From the NCBI RefSeq assembly GCF_018350175.1, contig NC_058368.1:122700001-122764000 (forward strand): a DNA stretch of 64,000 nt. Direction: 5' to 3'. The notes below the pieces were generated by a model. The model saw nothing but the letters and a program-made list of their open reading frames with translations, was not told the origin of the DNA and did no database searches. Positions 25,170 through 36,629 of the stretch are shown piece by piece. Both the position numbers and the translations under genes were made by a program. The DNA comes from Felis catus (lineage: Eukaryota). Every line of letters begins with the position of its first letter. Position 1 is the first letter of the stretch.

Positions 25170-25393
25170 AAAAAAAAATTTTTTTTTTCAACATTTTATT
25201 TTATTTTTGGGACAGAGAGAGACAGAGCATGAACGGGGGAGGGGCAGAGAGAGAGGGAGACACAGAATCAGAAACAGGCTCCAGGCTCTGAGCCATCAGC
25301 CCAGAGCCCAACGCGGGGCTCGAACTCACGGACTGCGAGAACGTGACCTGGCTGAAGTCGGACGCTTAACCGACTGCGCCACCCAGGCGCCCC
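25170..25393 (-). mobile_element. Young feline SINE (SINEC_Fc-type)
   Basis: CpG-rich; TSD actgccattatt at 25154-25165 and 25395-25406. Confidence 0.95.
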
Positions 25394-26144
25394 AACTGCC
25401 ATTATTGATAGAGGCTCAATTCTGTCAGGATATCTGAAAACTTTCTGGAATGTTTCCCAAAATGACCCCTCTGAAAAAAAGGAAAATGAGGCACCTACTC
25501 CTAATTTCTGTCTCTACTGTCTGAGGATTACCTCTAGCTGGAAGGGAGAGGGTCCCTGGCAGCTCCAAAGGGTGCTTGTGTGTGTGGCATTGCTTGCCTG
25601 TTGGACTTTGAAGAAAATTTTACATGTGGTACCCACCGGGAGACATTGGCTATAATGCTTCAGCTTGCAAAGACCTATGCTCATGTGCTTAACAGCTCAC
25701 ACGTCAGATGTGGGCCGAAGAATGGTATGCAAGCCACTGAAAGTGTCTGCTAAAATTAGTAACCAAGAAATAAATAATGTCTGCCTCAACATCTACCAGA
25801 GGGCCAGCCGTAGGTCCAGGCCTATGTCTGAGGTTCACTGCAGCCGTAGGAAGCAAAACACTTAATTCTTTCATCAAGCACCTCCGATACAGAAGGATAT
25901 GTTTGGGAAGTTAGGAAAATGAACCAGCTGATCCTTAAGAACCTAGAGTTTAATAGATATAGCAGCTATGCAAATCACACATATAAATGAAAAGAAATTA
26001 TCAGTGCTGTGTAGGAGATGTGTGGGAGGGGGAGGAAGTTTCTAGTAATGGGTAATAAAGGCCTCATGAATAAAGGGTGCATATGAACAGTTCCTGAAAA
26101 ATGATGTTTATTCATTCTATATGTGTGTGTATTAATAAATTTAT

Positions 26145-26345
26145 TTTACTTTTCTAAGTTTATTCATTTATTTTGAAAGAGAGCACAAGTTGGGGAGAGA
26201 GAGAAAGACAGGCAGAGAGAGAATCCTAAGCAGGCTCGGCATTGTCAGCGCAGAACCTGATGTAGGGCTCAAATTTACGAACTGTGAGGTCATAGCTTGA
26301 GCTGAAGTTGGATGTTTAACCAACTGAGCCACCAAGGCATCCCCC
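26145..26345 (-). mobile_element. CanSINE
   Basis: Antisense body ending gagccaccaaggcatcccc. Confidence 0.9.
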
Positions 26346-26349
26346 AAAA

Positions 26350-27160
26350 TATATTTATTGACAGGCTTTTATTTGGCACTTTACTAGGTGCTAGGGAGTC
26401 TGTGGCAAGCAAACAGAAATAGTCCCTCCTCAACTCACACTCTAATGGAGAGACACGCACAGTGAGTTATCAATTAGATAAGCAAGATACCATCGGAGTC
26501 TGTTAAATGCAGTCAAGAAAACAAACCAGGACAATTGGGATAGGGTGCTGAGATAGCATGGGGTAACTGCAGACAGGGGTGGTCAAGAAATTCTCTAAGA
26601 AGAAAACATTAAAGCTGAGACCTAAATGGTGAAGGCATCAGCTCCAAAACAATCAGAGGAAACTTCCAGGGTAAGGGAAAATGCAAAGGCCAGAAGCAGG
26701 AAGAGTTTAGCATGTTTATGGAATGGAAATAAGGTCAGGGATTCAGGAGAGTAAGGGCCAAGGCTAGAATGGTATAAAATGAAGTCAGATGGATGAGCAC
26801 AGGCCAGGTCACGCAGGACCCAGCAGGCAGCGCAAAGCCTTTGGACCAAATCCATATGCTTGAAAAATCACAGGAGAGTTTCAAGCCAGGGAATGAACTA
26901 ATGTGATTTATATTTTTAAAAGATCATTCTGATTGCCGTGTCATAAACAGAGCGTGTGGGACAGGAGTAGAAGCACCACACCCAGTCCAGAGACTCTTGT
27001 TGGGACATACAGGATGGACTTGAGTATAGCTTAGTCCTGGCTGGTGGCAGTAGAAACAGAGAGGAGGGAAAGTCTGGGATTCAGTTTTGGGGGTGGACTT
27101 GAACGCTATCTTGGTTGTGCTCAGATGATCGCTGGGAACATGGACAGAAATACCAAGGTC
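26350..27160 (-). mobile_element. L2 fragment
   Basis: atatttattga...ctaggtgctagg...aagctgagacctaaatgg...tttaaaagatcattctgattgc. Confidence 0.8.
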
Positions 27161-27162
27161 AT

Positions 27163-27385
27163 GGGGCGCCTGGGTGGCTCAGTCAGTTAAGTGTCCGACT
27201 TCGGCTCAGGTCATGATCTCACAGGGTGTGAGTTTGAGCCCTGCATTGGGTTCTGTGCTGACAGCTCAGAGCCTGGAGCCTGCTTCAGATTCTGTGTCTC
27301 CCTCTCTCTCTGCCCCTCCCCTGCTCATGCTCTGTCTCTCTCTGTCTCAAAAATAAATAAAAACATTAAAAAAAATTTTTTTTAA
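27163..27385 (+). mobile_element. CanSINE with TSD
   Basis: agaaataccaaggtca on both sides. Confidence 0.95.
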
Positions 27386-27777
27386 AGAAATACCAAGGTC
27401 AGGCAAGAAAAAGTCTGATAAAGAAATTGGACCTCTAACTCCATGAACAACTTAAGGGGCCTGTTGATAAATAATGGTGGAGATGTGGCATTGAAAAAGA
27501 TCAAGAACTTTGAACACCAGGCAAAAGAATCAGACGTCATTCTGTAGGCAATGGGAAGTAACTGAAGGTTTTTTTTTTTTTTCTTTAAAGAAAAGGGTGA
27601 CAAGAACCAAGCTGTGTTCCTAGGCCTTGTTGTTATTGGGTCAAATAGTGCACAGAGATAACAACAATCACAACAACAACTGTGTGTGTGTGTTTGAGTA
27701 GGGAACATAAGAGCCATTTGGACAGTATAAAGTCAGCAGACTTCTTTAGAGGTTAATTTACTTCTCTGTTTATGGAT

Positions 27778-27791
27778 GTTGCTATGGTGAC
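27778..27791. promoter_or_regulatory. Candidate RFX X-box
   Basis: GTTGCTATGGTGAC; reverse complement GTCACCATAGCAAC fits GTHNYYATRRNAAC; motif match only. Confidence 0.3.
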
Positions 27792-28126
27792 ACAAAACGC
27801 TAGCCAGAAGGACAGAACAGTGGACTGTCTCTGCAGTTAATAATCTGATTTTATGTAAGACATCGAGAAAGTATGCAGTAACTCAGGCCCTTTGCTGCGA
27901 GCATTAAGAGAAACCAGATGAAACTGTGCTCACCTCCTTCCAGGAGGTGCCCCTCCTTGGGTACAGGGTTTCAGGCCCAGCTGTCCTGGCACTACTCTGC
28001 CTGACATTTGGAGGAACCCATCCTGCATTCTGCCCCGTCTCTCCCCATTCCTCTCCCAAACCAGAAATTTGCAAGCAGCCCACAAAGTGAAATAAAACCC
28101 CAAGGAAATGGAAAAGGAATTCTGCC

Positions 28127-28159
28127 TATAAAAGGGGGTTTGCAGAGGGAAGCCAGTTT
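28127..28159 (+). promoter_or_regulatory. Candidate TATA box + initiator
   Basis: TATAAAAG at 28127-28134 and CCAGTTT (YYANWYY) at 28153-28159; motif match only. Confidence 0.25.
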
Positions 28160-28599
28160 CATTGGTGGATGCAAACTGCTCCCTCCTGGAGGATTCCTTG
28201 ATATGGACCTGAGCTTGGGTTCTTGGAGAAGCTGTAGATTATTATTTAGATTTGGATTTTTCCACTTTATTTCAGGAAGTCAGTGTTTAGAAGCTGGTGG
28301 TCAAGGTATTTTTTTCCCCCTAAGTAGAAACACATTCTTTCTGTTGTTGTTTAGAATAAAATCAGGAATTTTTCCCTTTTCCTCAGTTTCATAGTCAAGT
28401 TATGTTCTTGAACTGGATTTTTGGTGTGAGCAGTAAGAAACAACAAGCCAAACAAAAACCTAAAGGAGATCCCTCGTGATTCTGAATTCTAAACCTTGAG
28501 TATTCTAGAGTTTTGAAAATGTTTTTATTCATTGCACAAATTTTGAGCACCTTTTATATGCCCCACACTGTAGCATAGTGAGAAGATGGCCTTTTTTCT

Positions 28600-28813
28600 T
28601 TTTTCAACGTTTATTTTTTTTATTTTTGGTACAGAGAGAGACAGAGCATGAACGGGGGAGGGGCAGAGAGAGAGGGAGACACAGAATCGGAAACAGGCTC
28701 CAGGCTCTGAGCCATCAGCCCAGAGCCTGACGCGGGGCTCGAACTCCCGGACCGCCGAGATCGTGACCTGGCTGAAGTCGGACGCTTAACCGACTGCGCC
28801 ACCCAGGCGCCCC
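28600..28813 (-). mobile_element. Very young feline SINE (SINEC_Fc-type)
   Basis: Most CpGs intact; perfect 17-bp TSD aagatggccttttttct at 28583-28599 and 28814-28830. Confidence 0.96.
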
Positions 28814-29189
28814 AAGATGGCCTTTTTTCTAAGTGTCACCATAGCAGTGCTGATAATGACAGTAGCTTTTCATCTTTGCCCTGTGAAGGCCATCGTGCTC
28901 AGTCTGTTCCATGGAGAGCCTCCCTTATACTTCCTAGCAATTGTACAGAGTCAGTATTAGTATTATCCTAATTTCATAAGTGAAGAAGCTGGGGCTTCAT
29001 TGTTTGACATGGAAATGCACTGAGTATTTTCGTGTTTCGTGTGGTGTGATTTAAGGAATTAAAAGAAGGACGACGGGCACTCTGAAAGAGCAGAGGCTAG
29101 ACACTGTGTTCCTTAGAGTTAAGGGAGAGATCAAAATTATTAGTCCTTAATATCTTCGACCAAATATCTAAAATACTTCCCAGCTGGGA

Positions 29190-30320
29190 TGTTGTGATTT
29201 ATAAGAAAAATATACATTTGTTCTTCCTCCACGGTTCCTGGCTCACAGCTCCCCACACCCTTGGAATTTCCTAAATGCTGAGAGCAATGCATCTTTTGTT
29301 ATGTTAATGAGACAACTCTTGGAAAGAGCCTAAGGGTGGGGGCTGGTGGCTGGTGGAGCCATGCTTGTGATTTGGGGTTGGAACTTGTAGTCCTATTCTC
29401 TGACCTCCAGGAATGAGAGAGGATCTGGAGATTGAGCTCAATTGCCAACGGCCAGGGATATAATCAATCATACCTGTGTAATGAAACCTCCATAAAAACC
29501 CAGAAGGACAGGGTGTGGAGTTTCTGGGTTGGTGACCACGTGGAAATACACAGAGCAAGCCACATTCAAGAGAGCACGGAAGCTCCATGCTCTTTCCCCA
29601 TCCATCCCCTATACATCTCTTCCATCTGGCTGTTTCTGCGTTAATATCCTTTCATAATAAACCAGTGATCTAGTGGGTAAGTGGGACTTTTGAATTCTGT
29701 GAGCTGCTATAGCAAATTAACCAAACCCAGGAAGAGAGCTGTGGGACCTTGAACCTATAGCCAGTCGGTCAGAAGCATAGGTGTCAGCCTGGGGCTTGCA
29801 ACTGGCATCTCAAGCATGTGTGTGAGGGTGCTTTTGTAGGACTGAGCTCTTCACCTGTAGGATAAGAAGCTATCTCTAGATAGATGGTGCCAGAATTGAG
29901 GTGAATTGTTAGTATAGCAGGATTCTCGCACAGAGAAAAGGGACATCGAGACTTTCTCTGTCTAGGAAGCAACTTTATTTGTCGTGCCAGCGCGGGCTCA
30001 GTGGGTTCTGACCCAAAAAACTGAGCCCTGAGTGCAGCGGGGTGAAGCCTTTTAGGCAATTTCTACTTCTTTGTCTCCCATATATGGTGACACATAATCT
30101 GATTGGACACAGTCCAAGTTACAGAGTCAGGTCAAAACTGTGCATATGTGTATAGGAACCAATAGGGCCATGTTGCCTTCCTTTGTTCTGAGGAGGCCTC
30201 CACCACACTCCTTAGGGAGGAGCTCCACCTCTACCACAGAGGATACCCAGCCTGTGTCTAGAGCTTTGTGTGGTGGTGTAGGGAAAAAACCCCTCCCCAT
30301 ATTGGAATTGGTACCAGAAC
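29190..30320 (+). mobile_element. MER21-like LTR split by a second LTR
   Basis: ggttcctggctcacagctcc...ccttggaatttcc...aatgaaacctccataaaaaccc...cagaattgaggtgaatt, then an insert, then gaggatacccagc. Confidence 0.8.
29907..30238 (-). mobile_element. ERV-type solo LTR nested in the MER21-like LTR
   Basis: TG...CA ends; antisense AATAAA (actttatttg ~29975), hairpin 29994-30028, TATA-like cctaaaagg ~30050. Confidence 0.65.
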
Positions 30321-30366
30321 CCCTATACCGGCATGGCAGGTAGCTGAGAACCATTTCGGTTGAGAA

Positions 30367-30968
30367 TGAAACAGGTATAAAGGCCAAAGGCAGGCCAGCC
30401 CAAGATGGGCCACTTTGGGATATTATTTTATTTTTATTTTTACTTATTTTGGGGGCGGGGGATACTATTTTAAATAAAGGTTACTTACAAGACAGACTGC
30501 AAGAAAAACACTCTGACCCTCCTCTGTCCTGCTGAAAGCAGAAAACAAATCTCCCATGTGAAACATCCTCAACCAGTCTAGGGAGGTAAAGAGGCAATCT
30601 TATCCCCCAAAATGGGAAATTTAGAGCAGAGAAGGCTATATAAACCACCTTTGTTACTTGTACTAATTTACTACCCCAGCCCAATTTCTGTTTAGAATTC
30701 CTTACTAACTGAAGCTCCCAAAATTAAGGGTTTTTTTTTTTTTTTTTTTTGCCTTGTTAATTCCTCACAAGTGTATTGTCTCTTTGTCTAAAAAGTGTAA
30801 AAACTGCCTGCCTCATCATTTCTTTGGCTCTCATGCCATTATTGGGCATCTGATGACACGTAATAAAACTTTGTTTTTTTTCTCCTGTTAATGTATCTAA
30901 TGTAAATTTAATCCATAATTCATCTGGAAGACCTTGAAAGGTAGAGGAAGAATGTTTCCTCCCCTTCA
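30367..30968 (+). mobile_element. MER34-like ERV1 solo LTR
   Basis: gccactttgggatattatttt start motif; taataaaactttg...tctcctgttaat...ggtagaggaagaatgtttcctccccttca end. Confidence 0.75.
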
Positions 30969-31359
30969 CGTGTCTCCCTCAGTGTTCCACCCTGAACACT
31001 CCATTCTCATACTTTGCTTTATTAAAAAATGCCATCTCAACAATTACCAGATTTCCGCCCCATCCCCGGCCCCCCAGCTCAGTCTTCTCTCATCAATTCC
31101 CTACTCTTTCTCTGATTGCATTCTCTCAGGTTCATTATGATATTGTCAAGGTCCTTGCTAATATTGATTTATTTTATTCAATACGCATAAAGTGTTCTTT
31201 TCCCGTAACAGAGGATTTCAAGAATTGTTCCCAGTACGGTGCAAAGTGAGTTAAGTTCAAATCTCATAGCCTTGATAATTTGTATTTAATAGAATAAGAG
31301 CTCCCCTCCTCCTAGTCTGTGATGACCTCATAAAATCACAATATCTATAGCATATGCTA

Positions 31360-32572
31360 GAAAAAATTGACTCAAAATGATAAACCGAAACAATAAAAAG
31401 AGTGAATTCAGGCAGTAAAAAGGAGGAAAAAACCCTCAGTTTGACACACATAAAAAAAAAAAAAAAGAGGGGTGCCGGGGTGGCTTAGTTGATTAATGTC
31501 CAATTTCAGCTCAGGTCATGATCTCGCGGTCTGAAGGTTTGAGCCCCGCATCGGGCTCTGAGCTGACAGCTCAGAGCCTGGAGCCGGTTTCACATTCTGT
31601 CTCTCTCTCTCTCTGCCCCTCACCCACTCATGCTCTATCTCTGTCTCGCAAAAATGAACAAATGTTAAAAAAAATTCTTTTTAAAGAAAAAGAGTGAATT
31701 CACTGAAAATGAGCCATGATGAGTTCTTACCAAAATTCCTTCAAAAAGTGATAGGACAAATACCAGGTGCTCCAGGTTAATCTTCCAATAGTAAAGAAGA
31801 ACGTTACAAATCACAATAGTAAGAACTACTCGGCTGTCCTCCCTTACACTCAAGCATGAGGGGCCTTAAAATGAACATCTGCAAAAATATATGCATGGCA
31901 AGAAGTAGAATGCTCATTTGCAAACAAGAGTGCAAAGTAATATACTGATCGTTTTAAGGCGTTCATTTTATAGTTCTTTCCTGCCTAGGTGTAAGACCTT
32001 GGAGAGTGTCTGAAAATTTTCCATCATGCCAGATAAAAGGTAGACTTGGTGGTGAAGTCCTGGGTGGTGTTCACTGACTTATTCAAGAGCAAGGCGTAGC
32101 AAGGTTGTCTTCAGGAGTATTAACAAGGCTCAACCTAAATCCCTTTTCTTTGGGAAGGATTTCCCCAACACTTTAGACTGGACCACATCTTTTGATATAT
32201 CCACACTCTGACCCTATGACTTTCAGCCATAGCATTTGTCACAAATGTAATTTCAACACATATGTGGGTAATAATTCGTGTAATGAGTGCCTTCCTCATT
32301 TGAACAGAGTTCCATTAGATGGTATTTGTCCTATCACCTTTTGAAGGAATTCAAATGTTTATGTCAAAGCTGAATATATATGAGGAATTCAATTCATTTT
32401 GTTGAATGGATCCAAGGAAAAAATTTACTCAAAATGATAAACCAAAACAATGAAAAGAGAGAATTCAGGCAGTAAACAGGAGGAAAAACCCTCAGTTTGA
32501 CATACATTTTAAAAAGAAAGGAGAGAGAGAGAATTCATTGAAAATGAACCAAGATGAGTTCTTACCAAAATT
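31360..32572 (+). repeat. Local ~150-bp direct duplication (31360-31737 including a SINE; 32417-32572)
   Basis: Both copies read actcaaaatgataaacc.aaacaat.aaaagag.gaattcaggcagtaaa.aggaggaaaaaccctcagtttgaca...gaattca.tgaaaatga.cca.gatgagttcttaccaaaatt. Confidence 0.93.
31469..31690 (+). mobile_element. CanSINE inside duplicate copy 1
   Basis: Full body; aaaaagag on both sides. Confidence 0.93.
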
Positions 32573-33234
32573 TTGATATTAAAAGAATGGTCCTCCATGA
32601 AAGTGCCTGTACTTTGAATTATATTGAGAAAGTTTTCAATATGTGATGATATACAAGCCCCTGTGTATTCAGTCATGCCTTTATAAGGTTTTGTATTTTG
32701 TTGTGATTCAATCTACATATACTTGGAAAATAACGGAGTTTTTGTATGCGGTACGTGATTCATTCCATCTGCAGACAACACTACATTCAACTGCACACAT
32801 TTGGTGTTTTCTTCCACAGTTCCGTGAATACCAGGGGCTTGTCACCCACAATCTGGGAGCTACTAGGCTGCTGAATCATATCCCCAAATTGCTCCCTATC
32901 CTAAAATTCTGAGGTTTGTATGCTCAATGTTTGGGAAGAAGGTAAATAAGCAAAACTGATTCTTAATAATTAGCACAAAACCCTCCCCAAATCTCAATGT
33001 TTTCCAGGCTTCGGCATTGCACAGTGAAGATGGCATCATGTACACTTTCGAGGTTTATTTGAGGTAACATAGGTATCTATTCAGAAGGGAGTACGAATGA
33101 GAGAGTAAATACCCTCACCTCTACCTGTGTCTCCTCTTGCTGTCTAGTTTCTTGTCGCTTCCCACCTGCCGAACCCAACAGAATCCAGTGGGCAAGGGGG
33201 TCTGGACAATACATTTCAAAGGCATGAGCATTTT

Positions 33235-33480
33235 GGGGTTTCTTGTCCAAGATGGTGATATAGGAAGACCCTGAACTCACCTGCTCCACAGAACACACCA
33301 AATTATACCTATTTATAGAACATTTCCTCCTGAAGAGGAACTGAGGGCCAACTGAACAGATTGCGAACAACCAAAGATAGAAAGAACAGCAAAAGAGAAC
33401 AGCAAGAGAGAGGGAAACAGACATAAGCATCGCAAGGCACAGTCTAGCTCGGAGAAGGACCTAGATTTGATCTAGGGGGT
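33235..33480 (+). mobile_element. L1 5' UTR fragment
   Basis: caagatggtgatataggaagaccctgaactcacctgctccacagaacacacc resembles recalled L1 5' ends (YY1-like caagatgg). Confidence 0.65.
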
Positions 33481-33499
33481 CAAATATTGGGTAACTAGC

Positions 33500-34470
33500 T
33501 GTGGGAAAAAAAGAAATTCATTGTGGTCCTTGTCCTGGTTTCCTAGCACAAAGCTCCTTAAACCCTTGTAATTTCCAAAGTGAATCTTCCGTTATTGGTT
33601 ACAAGGCCTTTCAATCACACCTAAGTTTATGCCAATGGAGTGACTTAGGGTGAGGTCCTCATGTAGGCTCAGGATGGGCTGGCCAGAAAGGCCAAGTAAA
33701 TCAGAGGGGTAGTAGAGGAGATGAACATTTCAGAAAAACTCCTCAACAGCAAGATATGATGTACTTCCAAGTAGAGGAGCACATAGAGGTTTTGAAGAGG
33801 GGCTTTGCCCAGAGAGGGTGTGGAAGCCCTGTATCTCTTCCACAGACTTGGCCCTATGGGACACTTCCATCTGGCTGATAGAGCTATATTCTATTATACT
33901 TGTATAATAATTCCTGAGTTACATCCTTTTATACTAAACTAGTAATCTAGTAAGTAAATGTGTTCCTGAGTCCTGTGAGCCTCTCTAGTAAATTAATGGA
34001 ACCCGAGGAGGAAATAGTAGGAGCCACCAACTTATAGCAAGTCAATCAGAAGTAGAAGTGACAGGGACTCCTGGGTGGCTCGGTCGGTTAAGCTCTTGAT
34101 TTCAGCTCAGGTCATGATCCCAGGGTCATGGGATTAAGCCTTGAGAGGGGCTCCATGGTGAGCCAGGAGCCTGCTTCAGAGCCTCTCTCTCTTTTCCTCT
34201 GTCCTTCCCTTGCCCCCCAAATAAATAAGTTAAATGAGTAGAAGTGACAAACTAGAACTTGCAAGTGGCATCTGATGGTGGGGAGGGCTTCCTTGTTGGA
34301 TTGGGCCCTTAACCTGTGAGATCTGATGCTATCTCGAATCATGAGACACCTAGCTAGTGTTGCAGAATTGTTTGATGTGTGAAAAATTCACACATCTGGT
34401 GTCACAAATGACAGTGTTGCAGTAGAGAACTGAGAGTAGATAAGACACACAGACGTGTTTTTCCCTAGAC
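33500..34470 (+). mobile_element. MER21-like LTR with a SINE at 34064-34235
   Basis: ctggtttcctagcacaaagctccttaaacccttg...cacacatctggtgtcac; SINE TSD agtagaagtgaca. Confidence 0.8.
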
Positions 34471-35496
34471 TAGCCCAACAGGGAAACTAGTGCATTTAAA
34501 GCACTCATGAAATTCACAAATCCAAGGATTGGGAAGCTGACAATGGGATGAAATAGAGGAAAAGAGCAGTTAAGGTACTCACCCAAACTTGAACAGCTGG
34601 TCAGAAGCAGAACTACATCTTTGCTTAAGGGTCTGAACTTTGTCTGGTGTCTTTGTTGTTTATGCTTTCTACCTTCCCCACTTCCCACAAACACAAGATA
34701 TCAGTCAATCTAGAGTCCTCGGTGCTATGGCTGAACAATGTGGGTGGTTTGTGTTCTGTTTCTTTTCTGTTTATTGGGGGATTTTGTCTCTATTTATAAA
34801 ATATTACCTCTCTCTGTGTATAATATTTGTTGTTGTTGTTAAAGTGCCCAGAATGTTTCAGGCCCTCTGTGTAGATGAGTTATGGCTAACGAGATGCCTG
34901 ATTATGCACGCTGTTGGGGAAAATAGCTGGTGCTTATAAACCCACACAGGGCTGCTCCCTGGAGGCTGGAAGAAGGAGCCCCTTCTTGGCAGGGAATGGA
35001 ACGCCTGATGTACTAGAATGATTGTGTGAGCCCTGGTGTCTACCCCAGAAAACTTCAGCAGTGACATTCCAGTCTCTGTTATGCCAATTCATGGTTTCCT
35101 GTATATTACTTTTCTTACCACTTGGGTGACCAGATTCAGTGAAGATCATCAAGAAAACCTAACTTTCAAAAATGAATAGGTGTTTTCTCAAGAAAACTCA
35201 AAAAGTAACAGACAAAATTGTCCATAATCCCATCACCAGAGAGAACATTTTCTTCTAAATCCTTCTAGTCTTTATTTTCTGTGTGGATATACATGCCTAT
35301 TTATATAAAATTCATTTTAAAATGGAATTATTCCATACACACTGCTTTGTAGCTTACTTTTTAATCCCATATGGTGTCTTAACGACATAAATTTTTCAAA
35401 TTTCAAACAGAACTTTTCTCAGCTATTTTATATCCACAGAATGCTATAGCTAGAAATGAATGCCCCCAGTTAGAGTAAGTGATATGGGGAAAGGCC

Positions 35497-35650
35497 AGCT
35501 TTCCAAACTGAAGTAAGCATATGACTCACCTGGGGATCTTGTTAAAATGCAGATTCTGATTCAGGACGTCGGGCATAGGACTTGAGGTTCTAGATTTCTA
35601 ATAGGCTCCCTGGTGACACTGATGTAGCTGTCTGTGGTCCGCACTTTGAG
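35497..35650. mobile_element. MER5A (hAT-Charlie MITE)
   Basis: tcacctggggatcttgttaaaatgcagattctgattcag...gcactttgag. Confidence 0.85.
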
Positions 35651-35774
35651 GAACACACAGGTGTGATGGAAAAAACTCCAATCTAGGAGTCAAAAACATT
35701 GTCTCCAAATTTTGCTCATGAATTTTGGATAAGTTTCTAAACCTCTTAACTTTAGTTAACTCTCTCCTCTTCTT

Positions 35775-35898
35775 ATTTTTAAGTAGGCTTCACACCCAGC
35801 GTGAAGCCCAATGCAGGGCTTGAACTCACTACTGTGAGATCATGACCTGAGCCAAATCAATAGCTGAATGCTTAACGAACTAAGCCACCCAGGCACCC
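35775..35898 (-). mobile_element. Short CanSINE
   Basis: aagtaggcttcacacccagc...gccacccaggcaccc. Confidence 0.88.
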
Positions 35899-36006
35899 TA
35901 TAGGTCGTATAAAGTTCTCATTTCATAACAACCTGAAAATGCTTAGCAGAAAATATGGATTTAGTTGTACAGATTAATTACATGTGTGTATAGTTTTATG
36001 AAAGGA

Positions 36007-36420
36007 GGGGTACCTGGGTGGCTCAGTCAATTAAATGTCTGACTCTTGTTTCTGATCAGGTCATGATCTCATGGTTTGTGAGTTCAAGTCCTGCGTTGGG
36101 CCTGGAGCCTTCTTCAGATTCTTTGTCTCCTTTTCCCTCTACCCTCACCCCACTCACGCTCTGTCTCTCTCCCTCTCTCTGTCTCTCTCTCTCTCTCAAA
36201 ATTAATAGGGGCGCCTGGGTGGCTGAGTCAGTTAAGCGTTTGACTTCAGCTCAGGTCATAATCTCGTGGTTCATAGATTCAAGCCCCAAGTCTGCCTCTG
36301 TGCTGACAGCTCAGAGCCTGGAGCCTGCTTGGGATTCTGTGTCTCCCTCCCTCTCTACCCCTCCCCCACTCACACTCTGTCTGTCTCTCTCAAAAATAAA
36401 TAAACAAACAAAAAAAAAGA
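36007..36420 (+). mobile_element. Tandem CanSINE pair
   Basis: Heads at ~36007 and ~36208. Confidence 0.92.
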
Positions 36421-36629
36421 AAGTACTGTCAGACTCAGATCATCATAGAAAAGCTAGTTGAAGGAGAAACACAACTTTCTTTTCTCATATCCCCTATTCC
36501 CCACCTCCCACTGCACCAAAAGAACAAAATCTGCCATCACAATAGAAAAGAAGATTCATTAAATGGCTTCTTGTGCTCAGGGAAGTCCAAGACACTGAAT
36601 TTTGAGAGAAAAATTGATCCATTTTGACT

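Larger units (their letters stand above)
24789..25750 (-). mobile_element. LTR33-like ERVL LTR carrying two SINEs
   Basis: ttgggttcctccaaagcagcgcctgtgacaag...ttatttagaaggtgatttcaggaag...ggctcaattct; right boundary uncertain. Confidence 0.6.

Noticed and set aside
27780..28846. Possible DNA transposon bounded by 14-bp inverted repeats
   Set aside because: No TA or 8-bp TSD, no transposase remnant, and chance occurrence is plausible
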